Shown here: positions 50,714 through 64,000 of the stretch, piece by piece
How the letters are laid out: the number at the start of each line of letters is the position of its first letter
How positions within the stretch are numbered: position 1 is the stretch's first letter
NCBI GenBank assembly: GCA_000165425.1
Contig: CT868396.1
Span: 1-64,000, forward strand
Length of the DNA stretch: 64,000 bases
Reading direction: 5' to 3'
Source of the DNA: Paramecium tetraurelia
Taxonomy: Eukaryota
The notes under the pieces: model-generated
Database searches by the model: none
Told to the model about the DNA's origin: nothing
What the model saw: the letters and a program-made list of their open reading frames with translations, nothing else
Made by a program: the position numbers and the translations under genes

Positions 50714-52200
50714 ATGTTATTGTTATTTTTACTCGTTCTGAGTGCTCATGCAGATTTGCCAGTGCATTGTGTTCGTCATCAAATTGTAGGTAAATGGCAA
50801 TTACAGTTTACAGAACCTTAAATTAAAGGTACAATGATAGATTCACCTAGGAAGTGGACCATTGACATGTGGTCATAATGTACCAGATAATGAACGCACA
50901 TCACAATTTGCAGGATAAAATACCTTTCAATAGGCATTTACACATGAAGTTGTATTGACTGCTAAGAATAATGTGGTCTTAAAGAAGAAATTGTAAGGCA
51001 AATGGACAATGGTATATGATGAAGGATTCGAAGTAGATTTCATGCATTATAAATGCTTTGCCTTTTCAAAATACAAGACAAACTATTCTGGAGCTTATTC
51101 ATATTGTGGGGAAACCTTGGTTGGGTGGTATTAGAATACTAAGACGAATGAGAGAGGATGTTATAGAGCATAAAAAATAGAGAAGACTCATAAAGTATCA
51201 GAAGGTGCTAATAATGGACATGTTGTGCAACCTTAGTTCTTTTAATATTAGAATACAGGAATGAACAAAGTTTGGTCTAGAATTGATGCCTTGAATTTCG
51301 TAGAGTAGATCAATAGAGCATAGTTACAATGGAAGGCTAAGGCATACGGTGAGATAATCGGTTTGACAACGAAGCAGTTGAATAAATACGCAGGAAGAAA
51401 AAAGCATTCATCAACTATTTTACTGGAGAAATAAAAAAAAAAATAATAAATATTAGAATATGATTTAAATCATTTACCTAAGGAATTCTCATGGGAAAAA
51501 TATTTGGGCAAGAAAATATATGAATAAAAGGGATGTGGATCATGTTATACTATTTCAACCATGACTATGTTATCTGCTAGATTGAAGATTAAAGGTTTGA
51601 AAGCAGACTTATCACCTTAACAATCCATTGATTGCAATTATTATAATTAAGGTTGCGACGGTGGTTATCCATTTCTGGTAGAGAAGTACCTCACTGAGTT
51701 GGATGGATTGATCTATGAAGAGAAGGAATACCCTTACAAAGGATAGGTAGGTGAGTGCAAAGCAATTGAGAAAAAGAAAAAATACAGGGTTCTCAATTAT
51801 AGATTCGTTGGGGGAGCTTATGGTAAATCTAATGAGTTGAATATAATGGAGGAGATCTATAATAATGGACCTGTGGTTTTGAATTTCGAACCATCCTTTG
51901 ATTTCATGTTCTATGTGGGGGGAATCTTCCATTCCACTACTCCAGACTGGATTATCAATGGATTAGCAAAACCAGAATGGGTATGATAGATAAAATTAAT
52001 TTAACAAGGAAAAAGTTGATCATTCAGTACTGTGTTATGGTTGGGGAGAAGAGAATGGAGTTAAATATTGGTTACTTTAGAATAGTTGGGGTAAATAGTG
52101 GGGAGAGAATGGTAGATTTCGTATGAAAAGAGGATAAGATGAATCATCAATCGAGAGTATGGCAGAAGCAGCAGATGTCGAGATTATCGAGGATTCTTGA
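50714..52200 (+). CDS. CTSC: Cathepsin C / dipeptidyl peptidase I-like papain-family protease
   Basis: Signal peptide, exclusion domain DLPVHC...GKWTMVYDEGFEV, catalytic QKGCGSCY, QGCDGGYPF, DHSVLCYGWG, LLQNSWG. Confidence 0.93.
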
Positions 52201-52531
52201 AAATATCAAAATTATTTGAAGTAAAATTGATAAACACTACTTCCTATATTTTAATATCATATCCTCATCCTACTGCTATAAATATATAAAAGATTTTGAT
52301 CAAATTCTTAGAGGAAGTATGAACCTTCAAATACTAATCTATTATCCAATCTCTCATCCATAATTACATATTAATTCCCCCTCTATATATGATGCAACTC
52401 TTTCACTCCAACTCATAACTAAGTCTTAGTCATTCCAAATTAATTATACACTTCTATTTACTCTAGAATCCATTATAATAAATCTTCAATCTGAATACAA
52501 TAAATATCTATATAATAAACAATCTAAATTA

Positions 52532-53024
52532 ATGAATTTAAATAAATTTCACACAAGACATTAATCGCAACCAACTTTATGGAGTCTGCATCAGCCATAG
52601 CATAAACCTAACACCAGAGCCAAAATAAATCATAAGAGAATAGTATTGCCTGTTATCTCTCAAAATCCCGCAGTGGGTTACTATTCTCCCAATTTACAAA
52701 GCATTTACTCGAATCCCAAAATTGCTCGAATGCGCAGTGTTACTAAAATACCTACAACAAATGAATATTCGCTTGAGAAGATAAAACCCTAATAAAGCAA
52801 CAAGAAGTCTTCTTAGAAGCTCACTATTTTGGAAATGATGCTCAAAGAAGTGGACGAGGAAGTCGATCAGGATTTGAGGGAGAATCCTGTAATAATTAAG
52901 ATTATATAAAATCTAGAAATGTGCCAAAACTCCTTTGTAATTATAACCATTGAATGATAATTTCATAAATTAACTCAAATATTTGAAGTTGAATTTGCAA
53001 CGACTCCTGAGGAAGAAAATATGA
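52532..53024 (+). CDS. Hypothetical protein with one SHIPPO-like motif
   Basis: ORF with one 28-nt intron; contains PAVGYYSP. An upstream in-frame ATG at 52319 is possible. Confidence 0.55.
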
Positions 53025-53069
53025 TGGCAATAATATAAAATTACTTTATTTTTAATTTTTATCGATCAA

Positions 53070-54233
53070 ATGTCAAATATCAAATAGATGAGAGAAAAGT
53101 ATGAATAAATCAAGGCCTTGAATCCCAAAAGAGCAAGCAGTGCTAGATCCTAGGCCAGTCAATCCAGGTTACAGCCTGAAATGTGTCACTCCCAACAGAG
53201 ACTATAAAACAGTTAATCGTTATTATGTAGTCCTTGCTATAATCAGAAATTGTATGAGCAAAGAGAATACATGAAAAGGTAGCAAAGCGAATTGGAAAAG
53301 GTTGTATGTGTTATTAATTTATAGAACTTATTGAAAAGGTAATTGGAAATCAATCTGCAGGAGGAGTCATACAAGTCCTAAAAGGAGAAGTAACAGGTAA
53401 TCCAAAGAAAATAAATTGAAAAATTCAATCTCCAATTATCCAGTTAATTCTAGTTAAAGAAACAGGAAATGCAATCACAACAGAAGGCCTAAGAAATAGA
53501 ATTTGAAAGGTAAGTGATAAGAAAAAACCAAGAAATTGAGGAGCAAGAAAGGGCTTAAAAGCAATAGAAAATATAGAATCTTGGATAGCAATTGAAAGAG
53601 CAGATTGAAGAGAAGAAAAGATTGACTTAGTAGGACTTTCATTAGCACAATGGGATTACTGATGATCCTTACTGGAGACACTAATCTCAAGGAGAAAAGG
53701 AAGTTTAACAAAGGAAGAATTATCAATAACAATATGTAAATAATAATTGGACTCATTTTGAGAGAGAAAGATTAAAAAAGATAAATTAAGCAAAATTGGA
53801 TTAAGAAAAAGATATTCAAGACAGAGTTAGATCCTTAAGGGAATATCATCTAATCTTATAATAGGAGAAATAGGAAAAAATGAATTCACAGAGACAGTTG
53901 ATCCTGGATTTGACTGAATAAGTCAAAAGAAAAAGAGAAAGAGATTAATAAGAAAAACAACTGAATCAGCGTTTGTAAAAGGAAAAAGATCAATAAGATT
54001 TATTACAATAGCAGGAAAGAGAATTAAAGGAGATAAAAAATAAAAAGAATGTCAGTTAATAAATGATTTTGGGATTGGAGAATCAGCTTAGTTACAAGAA
54101 ATCTAATTAACGAAAGACTTAAGAAGATTCTTGCAATAATACACTCTTACTACAGTCCTAAATTAATAAATAAATGGTGCCCTGTTCAAAATGTAAAAGG
54201 TGCCAAGATCCACAATTTTTGAGTAAATTATGA
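53070..54233 (+). CDS. Q/E/K/R-rich coiled-coil protein with terminal CxxC motifs
   Basis: LLCSPCYNQKL near the N-terminus, long charged coiled coil, VPCSKCKRC at the C-terminus. Confidence 0.75.
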
Positions 54234-54335
54234 TAATTTTCATAACTTTTATAGTTTGTAAATACATAATACAAAAACTACTATTAAACTATATATATAT
54301 ATAATGATTATATATTATGATTAAAATACTCTCAT

Positions 54336-57300
54336 TCATTAAATATTATTATTTTCTTTTTTTAGAACTGCTTTTAGTTGAGTTTCATTAATGATATAAT
54401 TTATGTAAGGTTCCAAGTTGTAATCTAATGAGAAGTTTTAAGAATATCTTAAATTTTAGTCTTCAGGCTTTTCTAATTTCAATAGTTTTTTGTTGAAAAA
54501 TACTCCCAACCTTACTACAAACATTCCACAATAATAAAAGTAAGTTGTTTTGGATAATTAAACACACTCGTCAATACCTGGTAAGTTGACTTATACCTAT
54601 AATTTATAAAAATTAATTTAATACTTCAGGCTTAGAAGACTCTTTCATTTCAAAGAGCAAACTACTTTTTTAAATTTTATTTTTAATGAGGTTCATAATG
54701 AATTTAAGGAATGGCCACTCTAATGCTTGGTAAGCTACATCTTCAATGCTCAGTTGCATCAGTCTATTTTTTGATTTTAATTCAAGAATCTTAGCAAATT
54801 AAATTACGAGTGTATCAATGAATGATATGTAATTGATTTGGAAGCTTTGATCTTTAATGTAAACTTTCTTGATACTAGACTTCCTGTTCTCATTTTCACT
54901 TAGAACTGATTCAAAGAATATTCCATCTATGATTGATATCAATTTCTTGAATAACAATGGTGGGAAATTGTACTCATCTGCTTTAATTGTTTTATTTTCT
55001 ATATAAATGGGCCAATCCAATTCATAAACAAAATATGGAGGTACTTGATATTTCTTATATTTCTCTTGTAATTATTTTAGTTATTCTAATTCTTCATCAC
55101 CTAGTTAGCTTTTTTATTTTTTCAGATTGATTTTCTCCTTACTTAATTCCATCATGCTCTAATATTCTCCAATATTATTGCCCTCCACACTTAAGAATCT
55201 TTTAATATAATTAAATTAACTTTGTTTTTTTGAGTAGTCGTCCTATTAAAATATCAAATATAAAAATATACAATTAACTATTTAATTTAGGTTTCTCTAC
55301 TGCATTTCTAGTAGAATAAGGGTTTCTTTAAGTTCAGAATATTCAGTGTAATTTCATACTGATATGATTTAACATCGAAGTAAGCTTGAACGTTGACTTC
55401 TTCCTCGATCGTAAGATTTTTTCTTTAAACTATTTTGTTATTATTTTCGTCATCATAGAATATTTCTCTATCTAAATCGATATTGTGGACAAGATTGTTG
55501 TATAGATCTCCAAATAAAAATGGATACTTTTCATAAAGTTGATCGCTAATAACCTAAATGTTATCAAATTATAATTAATTTGGTTTGATTGCAATTTAAA
55601 CTTGGATTGAGTTGATTGTAAATTACTTGTCCTTTAATTAAACTTAGAGATTTTTATTTGAGATGTTCTCGAATCTTTATTTTTCTGTAAGTTCTTAATA
55701 TTCTTTGAGAATGTTCGGATTGATCTACAGATTCAGAATATTGTTTTTTTCCTGATAGATCATAGGTACTTCTATTTGATAATTGAATCCACTAAGCTCT
55801 TAGTCCGTTATGATCTCCTTGATTGAAAGTACCTTCAATGAACTATTTTTCCCTTTTGAATTTTCCAAAAGCTCAATGTTAATTGAAACTGTATCATTTG
55901 GATCAATTTGTTACTTAAATAATTCAAGTTCTGAGATAAAGTTTAAGGCTATGCTTAAAATACAAAACTAAATATCAATTATATATTTATACCCCTCTGT
56001 AGATTTTATCCTTACACATTTTGTCTGTCTTTGCGAATTCAAATTGGAATAGTCTCAATAGATCATTTTGCTAGTAATTGAAGTTAAAATTGTCAGATTT
56101 CCTCCTTCCATTGAGGAAATTCAATATTCCTTGAATAAAGGACTTCTCCTTGAAAATATCCTTATTGATGGCAGCCTTAGATTATTGACTCCATTCCATT
56201 ACTATATTATACAAGTCATTGTTCCTAATCTAAAATATCATAAAAAGTATAAATTAATTTAGATCCTAAATTGAAAGTCTTTCTAAAAGATGGTTTAATA
56301 TTGGAATAATTTTTAAGGAAACAGCATCTTTTTCACCTATGTAATCAATTTGGTCATTGCATGTTGATATATAAATTACTAAGATGGCAGCATTTTAAAA
56401 GTTCAACTCTACATCTTCAACCAACATCTATTCCAAAACTCTATTGTAAAATTCTTACTGTTTCTCCACCATTTCTTCCAAATCTTTCTTTTTTATTTAT
56501 TTTTACTCAATTGGTTGTAGTATCTCTTAAGTTGACTAATGACGGATGATGGGTAGCATGTATTTGTAAATCATAAATTATTTAAATGGTTCTTGTTAAT
56601 CGGAATCTTTCGAATATCTTTCAAGAAAATCTGGTTAATTGTAATATACATATAGCAGAACCTCTGGAAGGAATTAATCAAACTAATCCTTCATTTGGCT
56701 CGAATCATAATATTCCAACTTCTTGAGTCCTTTAGTATAATCAAACTGAAAGTTAGTTTTAAAAGCATCAATCACCTCTTATTAAACCCAAAAGAGTTTA
56801 AGTTTAGGATGAAACTTTCTTACATAATCAATTATACTCGTTTTATATTTCAAGGCTTGATCAAATCCATAAAGTTGAAGATAAAAAAATTATTCATCAA
56901 CTAATAACTTATTCATTTCGATTTCTTGAATATCCTCGGTTAGTTTAATCGATTAATTTATATTTAATAACAAGTTTAAATCTGGATTGTATTCTAACAT
57001 GATTTTAAACAACAACAAACTTGATTGTAAAGCATTATTTTGCTTTTGATTCCCTACAAAATATTTTTTAAGCATCAAGTAAATCTTGTAGTATACAAGT
57101 CGATAATTTCCTTGATCTTTCTCATACTTATTGCAATAATTGATCAAAATTTTCTCTTCTTATTTTAATTCTTCAGAGCATTTGCGTATAGAGTTCTCTA
57201 AGAACTCAAAAACCTCTTTATCAAGTGGATTTCTTATCAAAGTGATTTACTTATCATATATCATACAAAAATCTGGAAATCCCTAAAAAATTGAATATTC

Positions 57301-60300
57301 CAACAAAGTTAATTTAATTTCCCCTTTTTCATCAAATTTTTAAATTGAGTCACTGAAATTAGTATTATTCAAAATTTCAGCAAGATTTCCATAATAATCT
57401 TTATCATTTTTGAGTAACTTCCTTAAGAATTAAACGATTTTATTGAAGAGCAACCCATACTTCTTAGTGATGATTGGTACGAAGCAGTTGTATAAGGAAA
57501 TATTATCCTTCTTTTCCTCTTGAACATTAAATTTCATCCAATTATAAAATAAATTTAAATTGACACCATCCACTATAAAATTCTCAAAGTACTTTATTGA
57601 TGATGATTCAGAAGAATACATCAATACTTAATAAAATATGGGCAAATTTAGATATATCTATAATTCTGGCTTGTTTTCATAGTCCTTATATAATAATGGT
57701 AACTTCATATTGAGAATTTGATCTGATATTAGTTCGAAAAGTGTATAACTACCACTACTTGAAGCTAAGCACAAATACTTAATAATTTACTCTTCCTTTA
57801 AAGGACTCTTGGGTTTATTTATGTTTATATAATGTTCTAAAATTGTATGAATTCCTTACTTGAAATCAGTGTGTAATGGCATTTTACAATTAAGTATTCA
57901 AATAAATTAAGACTAGATAAATTATTAATTGCAAATGGCTCTCCATTCGCAAATTGTTATTACTTCTCATAATTTTGGAAGAAGGGCTTAACTTTGGCTT
58001 TCAACAATTTAATGAAGTATGGAATATTATTTTAAGATGGAACAACCAATCTTATCGCAGATTCAATCTCAGCTAAAACATAAAAAACACAATTTACATT
58101 TTTAAGGCAAGGTTTCAATTTTTTTAAATAGTCTAGCCTCTTCAAGTCGCTATTTTATTGTCTATGGGTTTGGCTTTTTCTTACCTCCTGCTTTAATTTA
58201 CTAATCACCTTAATCTTCTGGATTCTTTTCTCCTAAATCTAAACTATGAACTAAATCATAAAATTAATATTTATTCAATTGAGAACCCATAAACTCCAAA
58301 GCTCTCTGATCTGTTGTCTTAGACCTCATCAACGAAACAGCGAGTGCATCTAAAATATGAATTAAAATCTACTAAAAAGATATTCAACATTGTTTTCAAA
58401 TATTCCTGAAAAATCTTAGGGAACAAAGTTCTTAGCAATTATGAGAATGACTTCAGTTGCAAATTACAATTATAATGGCTACTATTCCTTTTTTAAAGTG
58501 TAATCCAAAGCCCTAAATATTCTCAACGATCTACTCTTTTCCTATTCCATCACACTCTTTAGAGTAGGCAAAAAGTTTTATTCCAAAAATTAGAGATTCA
58601 TCTTCATCCTTTTATCAATCCTAACCAATTCCAAATTTGAAGCCTTTTATTTTAGATTCTATAAAATAATATTCTCAATCGCTGTGAATATTCTATTCTC
58701 CTTATTGTTTAATTTATTAAATATGGCAATATTGTTTGTTATTAAAGGTAATAAAGATATCTTCTCCAACTTCTCCATTAATTCAGGCTTTTATTATAGT
58801 AAATTATCTAAACTGTCTTTCAATGCGTCTAATATTATTTCAACTGTTTTTTCCATATTTGGTTTTGGAGGACTCCAATTACTATACATCGTTCCAGGAT
58901 TCTGAGTGTAGAAATTCTGCCTCAATTTCTAAGAATAATATTGTTAGAATGCTTGTTTACTTAAGGTATGATTATAAGCATTCAAACTCTTAGGCATTTT
59001 AGCAGATTTTTCCAATAACTTCTTAGCATTTTATAAGAGGCAACCCAAAGCTCCTGCATCAATTAAATTATATTGATTTAGTATAATTTGTCTTTTTGTA
59101 GGGATTATAAATTAAGGTTGAACCTTCTAAACTTGCTCTTAATTTGGTTTGAGAGGAGGAACAGGTACTTCAAGAAGCTATTTTTCTAGCTGATTTAATG
59201 CAATTTCTTCTAATAAATTAAATACCAGTTCAGGTTTATTTGCTGCTAATTTTTTAAGGATTGCAGGCAATCTATCTGGTAGTCCAAGCTTTGTTAAGGC
59301 TTTTGCAGCGATGTCATAGTCTTTCAAGGTTGCAATTTCCTTTGTGTCAGCCATGTATTGATCAAACTCTTATTGCGTTAAGCAAACAGCTGGATGATGA
59401 CTAAGGGATCTGTACTATTGTCCATATTTTGAATATAAAGGTCTAAGTACACTTAAATTACGAGATGTTAGATTTTCAGGAGATTTATTCCACAAATACA
59501 GTAAACAATTGTTCATTAATTATTAGTTTTTTGAATTAAGTGCTGCATTTAGCACCTATTTCATTGTGTAACTATTTACATTGCTTATTTCTATTATCCT
59601 GTCTAATTTGTTTTAGTTGCGTGGTTTATAAAACTTCTCTTCTTTTTCATTTAATTATTTTGTAGTATTTGGATTTTATCTCAGAGCTTTAAATATCTTC
59701 GGATATTGCTATTTGGAAAAATTAGTAGGTAGTGATCTTGCCATTTAATTGAAAAGCTTCTTTACTAATTCTTATCTACCTTCGATGTTATCTTACTTTA
59801 GCTTGTCTATGAACTTTAATACATCATCCAACCCCTTTTCAGTCATTAGCTTTGAGGTGTATTTTAAGAATTCCGCCTCTTTCTCTCTACCTAATTTTAG
59901 AGGGTTTTCTTTATTTTTTAATTTTCCTGATATGCCTTCCTACAATAGGTTTTTGGCGAAATTACTTTTTTGTTCTTGATAAGCTTGAGCCTATTCTGGA
60001 GTGAGGAGTTTTTATAATTCCTCTTCGAATCCTAATTTAACTAACTCTTCATATGGTGATTTCTTATTCTAGTAAAATTATTTAGCTAGAATTCTTGGTT
60101 CTAATTTGATTGTTTATAAGATTAATTCTTTCAATATTCTATTTAATTTCAGGGATGTAAATTTCGTTTCGTTCAAGATTTGTTGTATGCCAATAAAGAT
60201 TTCTAAAGGATATTTTGCATAAAATGAAGCCAAATCATTTAACATTTCCTCCTTCGTGTTCTATATTTCATTATTTTTATCCTTATCATAAATTGTAATC

Positions 60301-63300
60301 AATCCATTATCATCTGAAATAAATTCGTCTTGATTTGAGGAAATAATGAAATCTGGATCAGGATTGATTTAACAAGGCATAAGACTTTATTATTTTTAGA
60401 AGTTGCTCAAAAATTATTCAAGAAATTCTATTTTACCCGATCTTGCTAAATTGTAAATGGCAAAGGACAATTCGTTCTGAACAGAATTATAGTTTTCAAT
60501 GTTCAGAGAAAACCATTAAATCCAATCGATTTCCTGAGAAACCAGTGCAAATATGCCTGGTTAAAGTAGAGAAAGGGCCTTTGATACCTGTATGTGATTT
60601 AGATAGTAATCCTTTAAATCATCCTCCTCTATATCGATGTTATGAATTTTGAAGAAGCATTTGGCTCTGAAGAGAGACTAAGAATATTGCTTCTTTAATG
60701 GTTACTTCATGATGTTCAAGATTTCTTAAATAGATTTGATTTCTTCTTCATTAAAACTAGAATATTTATTAATATTTACGCTGGTGTAACGCTTGAGAGC
60801 TTGGTTAAATATAGAACAAGGGGAGTTGCATCATATGGTGACATTGGACTGATTAGAACTTCCTCTTATTATTGAGGTTCCACTAAACCTAGCAAATATT
60901 GCAAGGATTATTTCTATCCTATTGGATTGATGTCTTAATTTAAGGCTAAGGCATGAATAAAGCTTTTTCCTTTTGGAGTAGTCATGTCGAACATCTTCTT
61001 GGGATCAAGTTTGGGACTGTCCTTAAGATCTTCATTAGGGTTATTGGGATGATATTGGTTGACCATCTAATTGATGACATTAAACGGTCCTTTCTCAATA
61101 AAGTCCATCATAGGAGTATTCCCTGTTCCTCCCTATTGAAAGTAAAATAAGGGTTCAGCTTAGAAACCATCATAAAACATGTTCCATCTCTTTCTTCTTA
61201 CTAACTCATGACACACATTCCATAAGCAAGGTTTCTCGAGTAGTTTAACTGGATCTTGTTCTTCCTCCTTATTTTCTTTATTATTTTAAATTTCCTTCTT
61301 TTTCTTTAAGAATTGCTATTTGACATTAGCAAGAGGTGTATTTTTATCGATATTCAAATTACTAAATAACCCTGGATGAACATTATCTGGTTGCAACACC
61401 AACAGTTTTGCTTTCTCTCTCAATTTCTTTTTCTTTGGCAATACAGGTACAGTGAAATAGACTTTGGTTTTGGCTTCCTCATAATTTTATTGAATGTGTT
61501 ATAAAAATGGATCATCAGGATCCAAGTGCTTTTTAGATAATTTTACTAATTTTCCTAAAACCATGATGTGCTCATAATTCTCCATCTTATCAAAGTCTCT
61601 GCTGTTGATATCAAAATAAGAAATAAAAGAACCAGGATCAATTTATACACTTCCATCTCCATCAACCTTTGACCCTAATCCATTCTTGAATTAATCAGAA
61701 ATCAAATTGATAGTAATTCCAAAATCTGGTATTTTTTCAGCCATCTTTAAGAACTCAAATAATGGTTCAATTCTAACCCCTTCCATTAAGACACTCTTAA
61801 TATTCTATACCAACTTCTCAGCAAACAAATCAGCCTATTAAATATTGTCTGGATTCGAAAATCCCATATCCTATATTGTATCAATAATAACTCCATAACA
61901 GCCATCATCCATACAGTAATCGTATTCACACATACCCATATCATCGACATGATCAATTAGTAATTGAGATCCTGTACAACCAAATGACTGAAGAGCCTCT
62001 TCCAATACTTTCTTTGGTAATCTGCCTTAACGAATAGTCTATCTAAGAGCATTAACTTGAACCACCAAGGGATTCTCATCTAAGGTTTTCAACAATAACA
62101 ATGTATTTTCTGAGAGTGGAGGTCTTTTTATACGAGAGGTTCTTCTTGAACCTCCTGAACTAGTATCAAAATAAAAGGTTTCTTTGATAAGAGCCCCTAA
62201 TTGACCATCTAAATATGATTGTATATCCTCCTCATTGACAATTGCCAATTCTATGCCTGCATCATTAATCTATATAACCAAAGCTTTGTTTAGTTAATCA
62301 TCTGGCCATTTGTAAGGGCCATTTTTGGATTGCTCCACTAGCATTCTTCTTTCTCTTTCTTCTAAAGTTCGAGGCGATCCTTTAGTAAAGGAAAATTAAT
62401 CTAACATCATATATGTACTTTACTTAAAGGGGCATCAAACTCACAGATTTCGAACATCTAAAACTTTGCAATCAGATCTCCAATTAAAGGTGGATCCTCC
62501 TATTAGTTATTCGAATAAGAAATTCTCTTCCTTCTAAATAATTTAATATCAGTTGACTGTAGTTTTCTTAATTATTTATTTATTTTTTGAAGATTCAAGT
62601 TATACTTAGTTTATTCACCTAGTTGGTCTTACTAATCTGTAACTTTTTATAATAATTGAAATAATTGGTTTGTTATATCAAATTGGCCTACATAGATTGA
62701 GTCTTTTCCTTATTTCTTCCATAAGATTACTTATATTGGATTTGTATAGTTGTAAATGAGAACAGTATCCAAACATTCATTTAATTAATTGGGAAATTCT
62801 TTTGCTGAATTTTTAAAGAATGTCTAGCCATTATAGTTAAGTTCCCAAAAAAATAATGCTGGTTTATCAACACTAGTTAACTCAGATTTTGAATTGATTC
62901 TCAAATCTCTAAAATTTGTATAAGTCAAATTTTGAATGTGAATCATTATAAATTTAACATTTTTCGTTAGTTTTTTACCGATTATATGGAATTGCTGACT
63001 ACTTGGTGTTCTATCGAATTCCTTCTAGGTTTAATCATTAAAGTAATCGATCAAACCTTGCCACTCGCCAGCACTGCTTCTTTTTACTGCCATTCCAATC
63101 AAATGATTAGTTTTTGCACTCTCCTACGCTTTGATCATGTCATCTACTCAATGTCATTTATGTTTACCTGCATTTTTGATAAATCCTTATCTCAGATACT
63201 AATTGAAGACCAAAGGGTTTAGACTGATACTTGATTTTGAACTGTGCGGAGATTAACTTGATAAACTCTTACTGGATGCATCGAACTTCTGTTATTGCTC

Positions 63301-63927
63301 TCTCACCTCCTCATCTCTTGCTGTTGGACTAATCAATTAATTTCAATTAATACTTGACATAATAATTTACTAATTTCTAGTTTTGTAACTGTTAAGACTT
63401 CTTATCTAACTTTTTTAAACTATTGAGTTCTTCTTTTAATTATTTTAACTCTTATTTTTGCTATTCTCTGTCCTTTACTGTAACCTTTTTAGATCGAAAT
63501 GTAGTGGCTAATTGTTATACTAATTTTCTATACGTTCATTTTTATCTGCCTTCTTTTTGTTTTTTTTCTCTACAATTTATTTCAATTAATCATACCTTCT
63601 TCCTGCTGCAGTTATACACTTTTTTCCAATACTTTCCGCAATAAATTTGCTAATTCCTCTTAACTCAATATTTAATTCTCATCTTAATCAAATGTATTTA
63701 TTATATCAGAAATCTATTCGTCACTCAATTGCTATAAATAGATTCTACGATTACCTTAACATTCGCCTGCTTATACATTTCAAGAACAGTTCTTTTCATT
63801 TCCGAAAATTCGATGTAACCATTTTCTTTTTTTATTAATAAGAAAAATTTATACCATTTTCATCTATGGCAATGAACACGTCCTTAGCCAGAGCCTTGAA
63901 TTTCTGTTCGTCCTTTAGAAAATCCAT
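54336..63927 (-). CDS. Giant (~3000 aa) protein: N-terminal EF-hand pair, ankyrin-like and helical regions; possibly more than one gene
   Basis: MDFLKDEQKFKALAKDVFIAIDENENGYIEFSEM...FDQDENQILSQEEL (two EF-hands); kb-long minus-strand ciliate-code ORFs containing GGTGNTPMM, PKGKSFIHALA, YDATPLVLYL. Exon joins near 62400-62950 are not fully resolved. Confidence 0.6.
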
Positions 63928-64000
63928 TTATTATTTAATTTATTAAATATTATTCAGGTTTCTTTGTTGATTTCAACATAAAATATCTAAAAAATGTATA

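Noticed and set aside
24263..63927. Frequent in-frame TAA/TAG suggesting pseudogenes or readthrough
   Set aside because: This is the known ciliate code (UAR=Gln), confirmed by RPL7, kinase and cathepsin C motifs.

Overview
AT-rich ciliate DNA, almost certainly the macronuclear assembly of a Paramecium (aurelia-type). Evidence: mixed CCCCAA/CCCAAA telomeric repeats, genes that read through only with TAA/TAG=Gln and TGA as the sole stop, and ubiquitous 20-33 nt GT-AG introns. The supplied ORF track stops at TAA/TAG, so it fragments nearly every gene; the models here were re-read by eye in the ciliate code, and boundaries are approximate where introns are ambiguous. Bases 1-16.86 kb form a telomere-to-telomere, gene-poor, pseudogene-rich segment. 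It holds a GNAT fragment, an intact Cys-tailed membrane protein, an odd CUA-anticodon tRNA-like gene, and a ~27-unit TPR array in which every 34-aa repeat is its own ~102-nt exon. After a 150-N gap a second telomere opens a gene-dense arm. That arm encodes a large secreted protein, MORN proteins, a CTD phosphatase, RPL7, two ordinary kinases, tRNA-Phe, a Cache sensor, a GAS2 protein, a voltage-sensor-only protein, a catalytically dead XPD/RTEL1-family helicase fused to a RING finger, a tandem cytochrome b5, a tandem kinase + pseudokinase pair sharing a YbjN-like N-terminal domain, cathepsin C and a giant EF-hand protein. Best leads: the exon-modular hypervariable TPR array, the kinase/pseudokinase pair, the pseudo-helicase-RING fusion and the CUA tRNA.
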